NCBI GenBank assembly: GCA_043228905.1
Contig: JBHGNT010000021.1
Span: 11,656,001 to 11,720,000 of the forward strand
Reading direction: 5' to 3'
Source: Azolla caroliniana
Lineage: Eukaryota > Plantae > Polypodiophyta
DNA: 64,000 nt
Positions 25,946 to 38,707 of the stretch are shown here, one piece after another (the stretch's first letter is position 1; every line of letters starts with the position of its first letter). The notes beneath the pieces were generated by a model. That model did no database searches. It was not told where the DNA came from and saw nothing but the letters and a program-made list of their open reading frames with translations. Both the position numbers and the translations under genes were made by a program.

Positions 25946-27418
25946 CCTTCATCCAGATTATCTCCTTGCCAGCTTCCACAACTGCCATGTACTCTGCCTC
26001 CGTGGTTGACAACGCAACCATCTTCTACAGCCTCGATTGCCACGAAATTGCTCCCCCTGCATAAGTCATGACTTATCTGGATGTAGACCGGCTGGTATCT
26101 GCATCAGCCGACGTATCTGAATCGGTCAATCCGTCAAGTTGGGGATTACCGGAGCCGAACTAGAGGCACATACTCGAGGTGCCTTTCAGATACCAGAGTA
26201 TCCACTTCACCGCGTTCCAGTGCTCTTTAGCAAGATTGCTCATGACCCGGCTCACCACTCCGACTACATATCCAATATCCGGTCGGGTACATACCATCAT
26301 GTACATCAAGCTCCCGATGGCAGAGGCATATGGTATCTTCATCATATCCGTCTTCTCCGCCTTTGTCCCCAGGCTTTGTTTTCCAGATAACTTGCAGTTT
26401 TCTGGAAGTGTCGATCCGACCGGTTTCACCTCCAACATGTTGAACCATTGAAGCACATTTGTCACATACTTCTCTTGTGACAACCACAACAGCTTCTTCG
26501 ACCGGTCCCGGATGATGTGCATTCCCAATATTTGTCTTGCCAGACCCAAGTCTTTCATTGAGAAGGTCTGGTTTAGAGCCTTCTTCAGCATCTGAATCTT
26601 GCCTTGGTCTCATCTAACAATCAACATATCATCCACATATAGGAGGAGTATCAGGAAATCTCCTCCGTCAAATTTCTTCACAAACACGCAGTGATCGGCC
26701 TGCGTCTTGTGGTACCCTTGGTCGGTCATGAAGGAGTCGAACTTCTGGTACCATTGTCAGGGGGCTAGCTTCAATCCGTATAAGCTCTTCTTCAACCGGC
26801 ACACTAGGTGCTCCTTCCCTTTCTTCTCAAATCCTTCTGGTTGATGCATGTAGATCTCTTCTTCGAGGTCGCCATGTAGGAATGTCGTCTTGATGTCCAG
26901 TTGCTCTACCTCCAGGTCCATGCTTGCCGTTATGCCCAATACCATCTGGATGGATGTCATCTTTACTACCAGGGCAAAGATCTCATCGAAGTCCACTCCT
27001 TTCTTCTGTTGGAACCCCTTCACCACGATCCGGGCTTTGTATCTCGGTGGGTTTTCGGCATCTCCCGATTTTAACTTGTACACCCACTTATTCCGGAGTG
27101 CCCTCTTTCCTTTCGGCAACTCCGTCAATTCATACGTGTGGTTCTCATGCAGGGAATCCATCTCGTCCAGCATGGCACTCAACCACTTGCGGTTGTGGTG
27201 TCTCTCTTTGCTTCTTCGAAGCATTCCAACTCCCCCTCATCAGTTAGCAACACATGCTCTACATCCGGAAATCTCCAGGGGACTCTTCTCTCTCGGAGAG
27301 GATATCTTTGTCCCTGGTTTCTGACTACCAGTTCCTCCGTTTGTTCCTCACCCGAATCCAATTCAGGATCTTGTCCGGTTTCGGTGTCTTCTTCTTCTTC
27401 GGTCAGTTCTGTTTCTTG

Positions 27419-28001
27419 CATAGTTCCTAATATTCGCGTACGTCCAATTTACTAGACGTACGCGAACGTTTGCAAACGTACGCGTATGATACGCGATATT
27501 CGTTTGGCTTCTTTTTTTTTTTTGACTTTTTTTTGGTTTTTTAAATTTTTGATATTCATAATATTTTGTGAATAGAAGTGACATCTGACACACATACACA
27601 CATACACACACACTCTCTCTCTCTCACACGAGAACTGACAGATTTTCTCTCTCTACAAAATCTAGATATCTAATATACATATTACATACTCCCTCACACA
27701 GACAAAACCCATAGCTCCTCTCTCTCTCTCTCTCTCTCTCTAGAGTCTAGATATACACTCAATCACTGTCTCCTCACACATGCAAAACAGGGCTTCTCTC
27801 TCTAGACCACACACGCTCTCTCTCTCTCTCTCTCCCCCTCACACACACACACTATGTACACCATATACACCATATGTATATATAATATATCTATGTACCG
27901 CGTATGGATTTCAATCATACTTGGAGCCTTTTCACGTATGAGTATGATACGAATATTGGCGTTTGAGTATGACACGAATGAGACGTATGGCTAGAACTAT
28001 G
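27419..28001. mobile_element. hAT-type MITE
   Basis: TIR CATAGTTC/GAACTATG with a perfect 8-bp TSD GTTTCTTG. Confidence 0.9.
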
Positions 28002-29831
28002 GTTTCTTGTCCGTATCCAGCCGGTTCGTCGAGTGTCATCCGGTTACCGGCTAACATCTGGTTTTCAACCGGGTAAGTCCTTGTGTCCTCAAACCGGTTT
28101 TCATTGGATGATCCGGAGTTCATCTTCTTCTTCTCCGACTCCCAGTCGGCAATGGTCCTGCATTCCATGAAGACTATGTCCTGACTCCGGAACACCTTCT
28201 TATTGACCAGATCCCACACCCGGTAACCGAACTCATCATCACCATATCCAAGGAATATGCATGGTCAGGACTTCGGATCCAGCTTTGCTCTCTTGTCCTT
28301 CGCCACATGCACGTAAGCGAGACATCCGAACACCTTTAGATGCCGGTAGGATACATCCTTGCCGGTCCATACTCTTTGTGGGGTGTGTCTCCTCCAAGGG
28401 TATTGAGGGTGATCTGTTTATCACATAGGTCATCGTCGTCAGCGCCTGAGCCCAAAACGTCTTGGGTAACTTGGCATGTGCCAGGATGCTCTGGACTCTC
28501 CCCATCACGGTCTGGTTCATCCTTTCGGCTAGCCCGTTCAAATCTGGCATCTTCGGCACGGTGAATTTTTGTCGGATTCCCTTTGACCGGTAGTACTCCT
28601 CGAACTGCCCACGGTATTCTCCTCCGTTGTCCGCTTGAACCGCCTTCAGCTTCCGGCCAGTTTCTCTTTCCACTCTCGCGTGGAGTTCCTTGAAGACGGA
28701 TAGCACCTGATCCTTCGTCTTCAACGGTGAGACCCACAGCTTCCGGCTATGGTCATCTATGAATGTCATGAAGTACTACAATCCAGCATGTGACTTCATG
28801 TCCACTTGACACACATTGATATGCACCAGCTCTAGTGGTGCATTCCATCTCATCAATGGTCTTGACCGAAAGGACGTTCGGTTTTTCTTGCCGGCCAGGC
28901 AATCGGTGCACTTCTCAAGTTGCACATCCTTCACCGGAATGAGATTGTCTTCAACAAGTCTCTTCATCCCCTTTTGACTCATGTGACACAACCTCTTGTG
29001 CCACAGCTCACCGACAGTGTCGGATGCTACATTCAATTCTTCCTGGCATATCCGAGCATGCATCAAGTATAGTGTGTTGACCTTTCGGTCTCGAACCACT
29101 ATTAGGCTTCCTTTGCTGAATTTCATGACTCCATTCCGGATGCTACCCGTGTAGCCTTCATCAGCTAGCCGATAGGCTGATATCAGGTTCAGTCAAATCT
29201 CTGGAATGTGTTGGACATCCTTCAGCAGCAATCTGCATTAGTTGATGTTGTCAACAACACATCTCCTATGTCAACAAATCGGCAGGTCCCTTCATTCCCC
29301 ATCCGGACACAACCGTGATCTCTGACTGTGTAGGATGAGAAGCACCTCCGGTCCATCAGGTGGAACGACGCTCCAGAATCGACAACCCACATTGTCACAT
29401 CGCCAACAAGGTTTAACTCATTCTCCTCGGTAATGAGCATCAGTTCTTCTTCACTCGTTGCGATCACCGACGTTGCTTTCCGATTCAAGCCTCTCCGGCC
29501 CGAACCGTTTCAGTCCGAACTCTTCTTTGAATCGGTATTGCCGGTTTCTTTCTCTTTCCGGAAATGCCGACAGTTCTTCTAGAAGTGCCCTGGCTTCCCA
29601 CAGTAGAAGCAAGTAGACCTCCCCCTTTACTTCGACCTCGTCCTCGATTTTTCCCGGTTTTGGGGACTCCGATACCGGCCTCTTCCCCGATTGTGGTCAT
29701 CTTCCGTGACCAAGGCCTTCGGATCGGTTCCGGACTCCCGGTCCTTCCGGTGACCTTCTTCATCTAGCAAGCTTGATTTTACCCTTGCCAGGGACAATTG
29801 CTTTCCTTCCGGCCTAGCGTTTCCCAACGTG

Positions 29832-30250
29832 ACAACTAGCGTCTCCCAACTATCCGGGAGGGAACCGAGCAGGAGTAATGCGAGTACCTCATCGGCAAGA
29901 TGTACTTCCAACGAGGTTGCCTAGTGGATTAGTCCCTGGAAGGCATTCATGTGCTCCGCCATACTGGGGTCATCCTAGTATCGGAGCCTCACTAGCTTCC
30001 AGAATACCGAAACCTGATTAACAGCATTCTTGTTCTGGAACAACTAGCGTCTCCCAACTATCCGAGAAGGAACGAAGCAAGAGTAATGCGAGTACCTCAT
30101 CGGCGAGAGGTACTTCCAACGAGGTTGTCTGGTGGATCAGTCCCTAGAAGGCATTCATGTGCTTCGCCATGCTGGAGCTGTCCTAGTACCGGAGCCTCAC
30201 TAGCTTCTAGAATACCGAAACTCGATTAACAACATTCTTGTTCTGGAACA
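29832..30250. repeat. 208-bp tandem duplication in copia gag
   Basis: acaactagcgtctcccaactatccg at 29832 and 30040. Confidence 0.88.
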
Positions 30251-31098
30251 TGATGCCGATCTCTCCTAGAGTTCATGAGCCTTACTTTCCTCATTGAAGT
30301 TGTTGTACATACTCATGTCGATGAAGCACCGGATGTATGCCATCGTCTTCATGTGCATCACCTCCCACACTGTGGCATCGATCTTATCCGATCTCTTGTC
30401 CCCGAATTAAACCGGAAACCAAAGATCTTTAACCACCAGCATATCCCTCATCTTCAACTTCTACACTGAGTAGTTGGAGTCGGTGAGCTTGAACATGCCA
30501 CCGAACAATTCTTCCATTTCCTGTGTTGTTCCCTCGGATACCAGTTTGAAGAGAACAACATGGAATATTGCTCAGCCACAACCGAGTATTGAATCATTTC
30601 AATGAGAATGAAACACAGAAATGGGAAATAAAGAGTGAACGCACGTACACACACAAACAATAGAGAGTACTCAGGATGTTTATGTGGAAAACCCTAATAG
30701 GGAAAACCACGAGAGCCCACAGACTCCAATCTATCACTATATGATAAAGGTACAATCAGAGACTCGAAGGCCGACCTCGAGCTCTGTTTCTTCGTCGAGC
30801 GGCGATTACAACAGAGTATCGCTCTATATCTCCTCTCTCTCTCTACAATAGTTATACGCATACAACAATATGACAACAACAACCACTATCAAAGTGATTG
30901 CCCTAAGTCATATTTATACTTATATGAACGTAGGGCTATTTACAAATATAGCCTCAAAAGGCTTACTCAAAACATATTTACAAATACGTCTTCTCTTCCG
31001 GTTCTCACCGGGTCCATCCGATCCGGTTTCCGGATCTCTTCCAGTTCTCACCAGGTCCTCTTCATCCATAACCATCTGGAGGGACCGTTTTCCCAACA

Positions 31099-31621
31099 CA
31101 TACGAACTAGTGGAGCTGTCGAAAGGAAAGAGGGCACTCCGGAACAAGTGGGTGTACAAACTGAAACCGGGAGAGACTGGAAATCCACTGAGGTACAAGG
31201 CCCGGATCATGGTCAATGGTTTCTAGCAAAAGAAAGGAGCTAATTTCGACGAGATCTTTGCCTCAATAGCTAAGATGACTTCCATCCGGACAGTGCTAAG
31301 CATAGCGGCAAGCATGGACCTCGAGGTAAAGAAACTAGATGTCAAAACGGCATTCCTCCATGGTGACCTCGAAGAAGAAATCTACATGTAGCAACGGGAA
31401 GGATTTGTGGAGAGAGGGAAGGAGCACCTGGTTTGTCGGTTGAAGAAGAGCATATACGGTTTGAAGCAAGCTCCCCAACAATGGTACCGGAAGTTCAACT
31501 CCTTCATGAAAGATCAAGGGTACCACAATACGCAAGCCGATCACTTCGTGTTTGTGAAGAAAATTGACGGAGGAGATTTCCTGATATTGCTCCTGTACCT
31601 GGACGACATGTTGATTGTCAA
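31099..31621 (+). pseudogene. Copia RT fragment, the insertion target of the preceding element
   Basis: TYELVELSKGKRALRNKWVYKLK, YGLKQAP, LYLDDML. Confidence 0.85.
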
Positions 31622-32811
31622 ACTCCTGGAGGAGCGCTGACGTGTTCCTCCCTTTCCCGGGGGTCTCAACCCATTCCATGAAGTCCCACTTTGACAACCG
31701 AAGCGAGTCATCGAACCCGTACTTCTCAAGGAGCCGCCCTTTGAACTCCTCCCAGCTCTGGCAGCCAACCTGCACTTCGAGCACCTCTGCGTGGATGCCT
31801 GGTGTCACCACCCGAGGGAATCCGGTCAGCCGCCTATCCTCCAAGATGTTCCTCATTATCATCTCGGCCCGATAGGTCTCCAGATAACTTGTAGCATTCT
31901 TCCCTTCAAACCGGCCTATAATGCCGATAATCAACTCAATGGCCTTGTCGAGGGCACTTGTACCCTCGCGAGCGTTCACTAGACGGTCAACGGCCACCGC
32001 CATGGCTTCGGCGAGTTCGGACCCTCTCATCTTCTAACACCTCTGCCGCCTTGTTTCACGTCGGGTTCACCAAATATGTCATGTTGTTATGCGTGCGCAT
32101 AGGAAACCAAGACGGGACCGAGGAGTGCGCGAAAGTAGAGAACGGAGAGAACGGAAGCGATGGATCGGCAAGTACTGGTTGTCGGAAAGCACCGTGCTCA
32201 TCGAGTCAGACGAGAACACAACTACGCGAGAGTTAGACAGAGAAGCGTGCCTGGTCGGTTACAGAGACAACAACATATTAGAGAATGTCACAATAAAACG
32301 AGGAGACCACTTCCCAAAAGGAATTGATTACGACTAACAAGTGATTACAACCGGCACACCGGTGACCAACCAAACACACGCACACACACAGACACACACA
32401 GAGCCGAGTTACGTAGTGGAGCCTCTGCCGGAAGCACCCAGGCTTTCCTCATGAGCAGAGGCAACCGACCAAAATCCTGTAGAGATCACATAGAAATAGT
32501 GCTCGGTCCCTAGTCCGACAGCACCTCCCCCTTTCTCCTAAAACGCGATACCTGCCAGTCTTTCTCTCGCGCCTCTCATAGGCCGGCGAGGGAGGACTGT
32601 CACATCTCCTGTCACATCATCCTTATTCTCTGTCCCTTCGAGCAGAGATACGTTTCGATTTCCAAAATATGTTCTATATATAATCTATTTACATCGCGTT
32701 GACCTATTCTTAGCTATGTACAAGTTATTTTAATTCTGTGCGCCTATGTGTACACGTCGGTTCATGCGCTCTGATCCCCAATTCCCTTTATGGCCGGTTT
32801 CCTCCATGACA
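31622..32811 (-). mobile_element. 5' end of a Trp-primed gypsy element: gag start, PBS (32055-32072), LTR (32077-32811)
   Basis: Same 18-nt tRNA-Trp PBS and 4-nt spacer as at 19078; TG...CA LTR; gag-like peptide. Confidence 0.87.
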
Positions 32812-35370
32812 ACGTTATTATTTTTCACTCATTGGTGATAAGTAGGACACTTATTTGGTGACACACATGCAAATGGTCTCTGACAAATCATCAGAAATTT
32901 TGATCTCCTTTGAGTATTACATAAATGGTGCACAACAATGTTGTAGAGTGGCATTTAAAATTTCTTTATGTGTTAGCAATATGAGATTACATAGAGTGCA
33001 ACAAAGAGTTCTTAATGATGACATTAGTATTAATGGCAATTACGTTCCAAGTATGAAAGGAGTAGTTGGAAGACATGCAACCAGTTGGATGAAAAATTAC
33101 TTTGAGCTCAATGGTTACAAATTTGATAACTACACGCGTAGAGAAGCATGCAATGCTTACAAATCTGAGATGTTGACCTCAAGCAAGAAGTACGTTCGTC
33201 ACCTATATCCAATTTACAAGATTGTGGACTACATGATTTTCAAACGTTATCATACCTCGAAAAGTTTGTATGGGTTACTGTTCAATTTGTGCAAACCTGA
33301 AGAGCATGGCTAAAGGTGCCAAAACAACAAAAGAAAAGGACAACCATAAAAAGTTGTTGCAGGAACATCACGAAGCTCAAGTGTTAGAGCGAAAGAGGAC
33401 AATGGTTCATAGAAAGAAATCATTGAAAAATCCAACTCAATACATGTGTCTAATTATCGATGGCATGGATCAGAAATAGACTTGTCTACCCCATATGAGG
33501 AGGCTTCCTAAAGATGTCAATGGCAAATGTCTCGTACAAATGCATGTGGTTGGTTGCTTGGCTTATCCTGGGACGATTAAACCTCATGTCTTCATTACAT
33601 ACCCTAACGTCCATAATGACCCCAACCTTACGGTTACTATGATTCATAGGGTTTTGATGTATTGGGGGCAACCCTTGCCCCCTTTACTCAATGTTCAATT
33701 GGACAATACTGCTAGGGAAAATAGGAATTCAACTGTTTTTGGATATTTGACTATGTTGGTGAACCAAGGTGTGCTCAGGAAAATAAAGGTGAATTTCCTT
33801 CTAGTTGGTCACACTCATGACCATATTGATAAGATGTTTAGTACATTCTCAAGGCAAATGTCTTGTCATGATGCTTTCACTTTACCTAGGCTGGCTCAAA
33901 TCATATCTGATGCAGATACACCACGTCCGAAAGTGGTGCACCTAAAGGAGATATATGACTTCAAAACATTCATATCAAATGGTGGGGAGGGAAATTGTAA
34001 AGTGTTTAGTCCAACTAAATAATATAAGTTTCAATCACATTTTCTTAATAAAGAGAAACGATTTAACTGTTTCGACATTGTTATATGCAAAGCAATATTC
34101 GTCTTCTCCATGTTGGGAGCTTGAATGTGGTTGTCAATTCTTGGTCCATATGCCATCTGCTACAGTTTATGGCGCAAAACAAATACCAATTGAGACGAAA
34201 AAGGAATTGCACGATGTATCCGTCGATGAACAAAATAGTCGTTGGATACAAGCCTTAACATATAAAAGGAAGCATATTGATAATGCAAAGAAGTATGTTG
34301 CACAAGAAGGTACATCATGGTGGGATGACTTCTTCATTGATCAAGAAAAAATTATTGATAGTTGTGTTGCTAAGTTTTAGAAATGCCATTTACATGGTCT
34401 ATACAACAATTAGTTGGCTCACAAACATTAGTTCATGCACCCAATGTGAATCTAGAGAATTTGCTTCATCCACAACAAAAAGACATTTACGTGGGACCAA
34501 GGTTATAAAAAACAGTAGAATTTAGGATAGTTACTCTTGCATCTTTACTTTTAACCATAATACTGATTGGAGAATACCTTTTTTATTCTTTTGCTTTATA
34601 AGATAGGGGGTTGGATCCAAGAAGGATTCGAATTAACCGCATGCGCAGTCCCAACCAACAAAATTCAAAATAACAAGAATATTTTTTCATTCAAAAGTTC
34701 AGAAGGATGGATAACCTGTGATTTCCCCTGCAAACAAAAACGAAAAGATCAAAAATTTCCTCGATTCTGCTTGTTCCTATACTTGGTGCCTAACCTAATG
34801 GGTCACAAGAAGTTTAGGTGGCAATGAAAATTACAAGAATTGAAGGTTGGCATGTTAATTGCTACTCCTGCAGATGTAAATGACCTCAAGCACCGATTCT
34901 AGATTGGTAAAGTGTTGGATGTGGTGATGCGTGAAGACCAAAACGAGATCGATGCTATAATGGTGCATTGGTATAACACTAGAAGTAAAAAATGCATTTA
35001 TTGGGAAATATACTTTAGAGATGTTGGAATGCGCAAGGTCAAGGGGTAATAGAAAGTAGAAAAGAAATATATGTAATACATCAACCCTTAACATTGCTGA
35101 AGTGGATATTATTGTGTATGACTTTACATTGACAAAAGTTGGGTGATTAAGAAAGTCAACAATAGATATAATCATTGAAAAATTACTTGTTCTACAAGGT
35201 GTCTCTGATCGAAGGAGAACAAGATTAGCAACTCATGATTTAGAGTCACACCATATGGTTTTAGATGAAGATAATGCTTTGATTAGAACACCTGAAGATG
35301 GAGAAGATCAATCACCTTTGTATATTAGTTATAGTAGTGATGCTCACGAAAGGAACAATGACAACTTGTA
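32812..35370 (+). pseudogene. DDD-type transposase relic, Sola-like / DUF7869-type
   Basis: CxxC (CSIC), CLIIDGMDQK, VQLDNTAREN and FLLVGHTHDHIDKMFS motifs; frameshifts and stops. Family assignment is from recalled motifs only. Confidence 0.7.
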
Positions 35371-36389
35371 AAACACTCATAAATGTATATTTTTGCATAT
35401 AGATGTAACAAATTCATTTTTGTAAGAACTCGAGTGATATAAAAGTTATATTTATTTTGATCCATAAACTCCATCTTGATGGTTGTTGATTCTCAAAACC
35501 ATTAGTTCTCATGTTCCAGAATTCAATCTGTGATGTCACTTTTCAAATTTGTCCCAAATTTACGTATTTTTAATAATTTAAAATGGTGGAATTTTGAGCA
35601 TTTTAAACATCTTTATGAGAATATGTGATATTGGTATCAATGTGTTACGTGAAATGGATGTAAAAACCACAAAAGCTTAGGGAATATTGCTTATCCTTCC
35701 ATTTATGCGCGATCTTTCCACTAGTGAATGTGAACACGTTAATTTGGTCATCATACTTATCATATTTGATCATCATAAATGAAAAGGAGACTCTACATAT
35801 AATGCATATAAAATTTAATAAGTTAAAACTAGGGTTTAAAGTTAAAAGTTGAAAGTTAGAGCCTATAAGGAAATTTTAGAAGTATTTTTTAACCTATAAA
35901 CCTTTAAAACAAACCACATAAGCCAAAACCGATAAGCCGCTAAACCATGAAATTCAAAACCAAACCAAATAGTAACATTTGAAACCAAACCAAACTGTTT
36001 ACTTATCTTCGAACCAATAAACCATTATTAAGCCACAATTTAACGGTTCGATTTGGTTTGAGCTGAAACCGGGCCCATTGCTATTAACAAGATTAACAAC
36101 CGAGAGAGAGAGAGAGAGAGAGAGGCACACAAGAATGTAATTATAATTTATATCATTCAATAAGTTACAAGAGAAAGAATGGCGACATCATCTACAAACT
36201 AGTTACAAGTTCAGTTATATACTAACTAAGCTAGGGCTACTACCCTTTGATCATATTACAAATATGTCCTAGTCTAGTTTGTCCAAATGGGATAATGTGG
36301 ATACGGCCATTATATCCTCGTATTCGATCTACCAATCAACCTTTTTAGTAACCTAATTTAACTAAATTCCTTCAATGCACACCCCACAT

Positions 36390-38300
36390 CACGACACTAT
36401 GAAATGGTAAAAAACGAGCCATAGTCCCTTGCTAATAAAACCTGACTTTGTGTTGTGCAATATAAAGAGGAAAGACTTGTAATCCATTCCTCAGAGAAAC
36501 CAAACCTAGAAAACGTACCTTGCAAGGAATCCCAATCAACACAATCACAAGGTTTCGCAAAATCAAGCATAACAATTGTCAACTTCTGTTTAGATTTGGT
36601 AGCTATTACAGTTGATTCCAAAATGTATAAACAATATCCAAGATACTTTGTTCATGAACGAAAACTATTTGTGTTGAGTATATAATTGTAGGTAATATAA
36701 TTTGAAGGCGTATACTGATTGTTGTAGCCAAGGTTTTATAAACTGTGTTGAGTATTGTAAAAGGGCACCATTTCTTGATATCAAGTAAAGGACCCTCAAA
36801 AATAGGTATATGGTAGATAAGTCCTTCTATAAAATGTGAAGGCATACAACCATCACATAGATTTTGTTGGTAGGTTGTACATAAGTCCACCTTGAACAAA
36901 TCCTAGTATTTAAGGAAAAACATTTGTGTTAGACCATCCATATTTGGGGAAATGTAGGTGGCATAGTTCGAAGGTGCATACTTATTAATTTAGCCAGGAT
37001 TTTATAAACTATGTTGAGTATTGTAATAGGGCACCATTTCTTGATATCAAGTGAAGGACCCTCTCACTTAGGTGTAACGTAAATTAGTCTTTTTGTAAAT
37101 GTGAAGGCACATAATCATGATAGAAAATTTGTTGATAGTATGTGCATAAGTCCACCTTAATCAAATCCGAGTATTTAAGGAAAAACGTTAGGGCTAGATC
37201 ATCCATATCTAGGCAACTATGTTTGAGCAAGTTTTGAAATGCTTCTCTCATTTCATCATAAGAGAAGACTTCTTGTAAATGAATATTCATGTGCGGTGTT
37301 ATTTTTGGTTCCAAAGTATTCTAGACTTGGGATCTACATGTTAATGGCTTAGTTGAAAAGGTATTTTGTTGATAATAAACTAAAATAGTATTGTGTGGCA
37401 ATCTTGCTCATCGCACATGTGGGTCTGATGTGATGGTTCCATTCTTATGTTGAAGTTGTCTTTATAATGTGGTGTCATAGAGTGAAGAAAAATTATGGTG
37501 TTCCTATATCTCTCATTTGGGTCCACATAGATGCCATACGATGATACGGGAATTCTCCTCTCTTTTTTAGAAGTAAAGTAAGCTCTTGTTTTGATGTCCA
37601 TGTTGCTCAATTATCTAGGCACAACTTGGATAACGTTCATGCTATTGTTATAAGGAGACTAGAGAAGCATGCCACTGCTTCTCACGTTGATGAAGCATAC
37701 TAAACCATTCCTTAGATTTACATTTGAAGATTTCCAAGATTTCGTATAAACCATTAGATACCTTCATTGCCATTGAGTCCCTTAGAGTGTTTTTTTGAGA
37801 CCAGAAATGATCGTCTAACAACAAATTTTTTGGAGTGTTCAGAGTAGACATATCATGGGATCATTGATCCAATGTGGAAAGGATAACCGGAGCATGATCA
37901 GAAAAGGTAGTGCCATACATCATGCGGATTGTACTAGTAGTTGTGATAAATTTGCTCGACACATAAAATCTATCTAATCTAGATAGATTAGTACCACTAT
38001 AAGCTATTTGACTGTGAGAAAGGGAATGAAGACTTTGTGTGAACCACCAAAGGTACATGCCAATTGTAAGGAAAAACTAATTGTTCCGAAATTGCCAATT
38101 CATGTCCTTGTATCGTTGCCGAGCTACCTCCTATTCAATCGACAGGATTGTCAATCATGTTGAAATCTCTAGCAATGCACTAGCGCTCAAGCGGAGATAA
38201 AGCATTCAATAAATATTGGCAAAATTGTTTGGGAACAAGGGCAGTCAGTGTTAGGACTTAGGAGCATAGATAGACATTCAAGAGTCCTCATCCCATTTAT
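36390..38300 (-). mobile_element. L1-type LINE relic
   Basis: Endonuclease end (SRLDRFY, FSDHAPV) and RT motifs (PFTILNTVYKTLA, LDFAKPCDCVDW); internal ~266-bp duplication. Confidence 0.8.
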
Positions 38301-38498
38301 ACTCTCCTCCTTTGTTGAGTATAATAATATGTATGTACATACATGATTGATTCTCCGCCATTGAACTGCCGTTGGTGCGTCACAATGTGTGTAAGTATGT
38401 TATATACACATGTGATGTGGAGAGAGAGAGAGAGAGAGAGAGATGGATATTCAGATATGCAGAGTTAGAGAAGAGTGAGGGCGGCAGTAGCAGTAGCG

Positions 38499-38530
<32 letters not shown>

Positions 38531-38626
38531 AGAAAGAGGAAGGAGGGTACGTCATAAATAAATGGTGCATGGTCCCAACCCCAACAACCCTTCTTCCTCT
38601 CGCTGGCATAGCATAGCATAGCATGC

Positions 38627-38676
38627 ATGGCAGGCATCCATCCTGATCCAACCTCTCCTCCTCCTCCTCCTCCTCA

Positions 38677-38707
<31 letters not shown>

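Larger units (their letters stand above)
25323..31098 (-). mobile_element. Ty1/copia element (Tnt1/Tork-like), decayed; 3' LTR truncated
   Basis: 5' LTR ~30547-31098, Met-like PBS TGGTATCCGAGG, gag (LLLLGSLPDSW), WVVDSGAS protease, integrase, RT ([15 protein letters not shown]), RNase H (STTEAEY), PPT ~25408-25417. Confidence 0.9.

Noticed and set aside
31335-32030. 231-aa ORF as a novel fusion protein
   Set aside because: Chance read-through from gypsy gag into antisense copia RT across a deletion junction at ~31621.
21610-32811. A single gypsy element bounded by LTRs 21610-22266 and 32077-32811
   Set aside because: The LTRs are too diverged and the flanks do not match.
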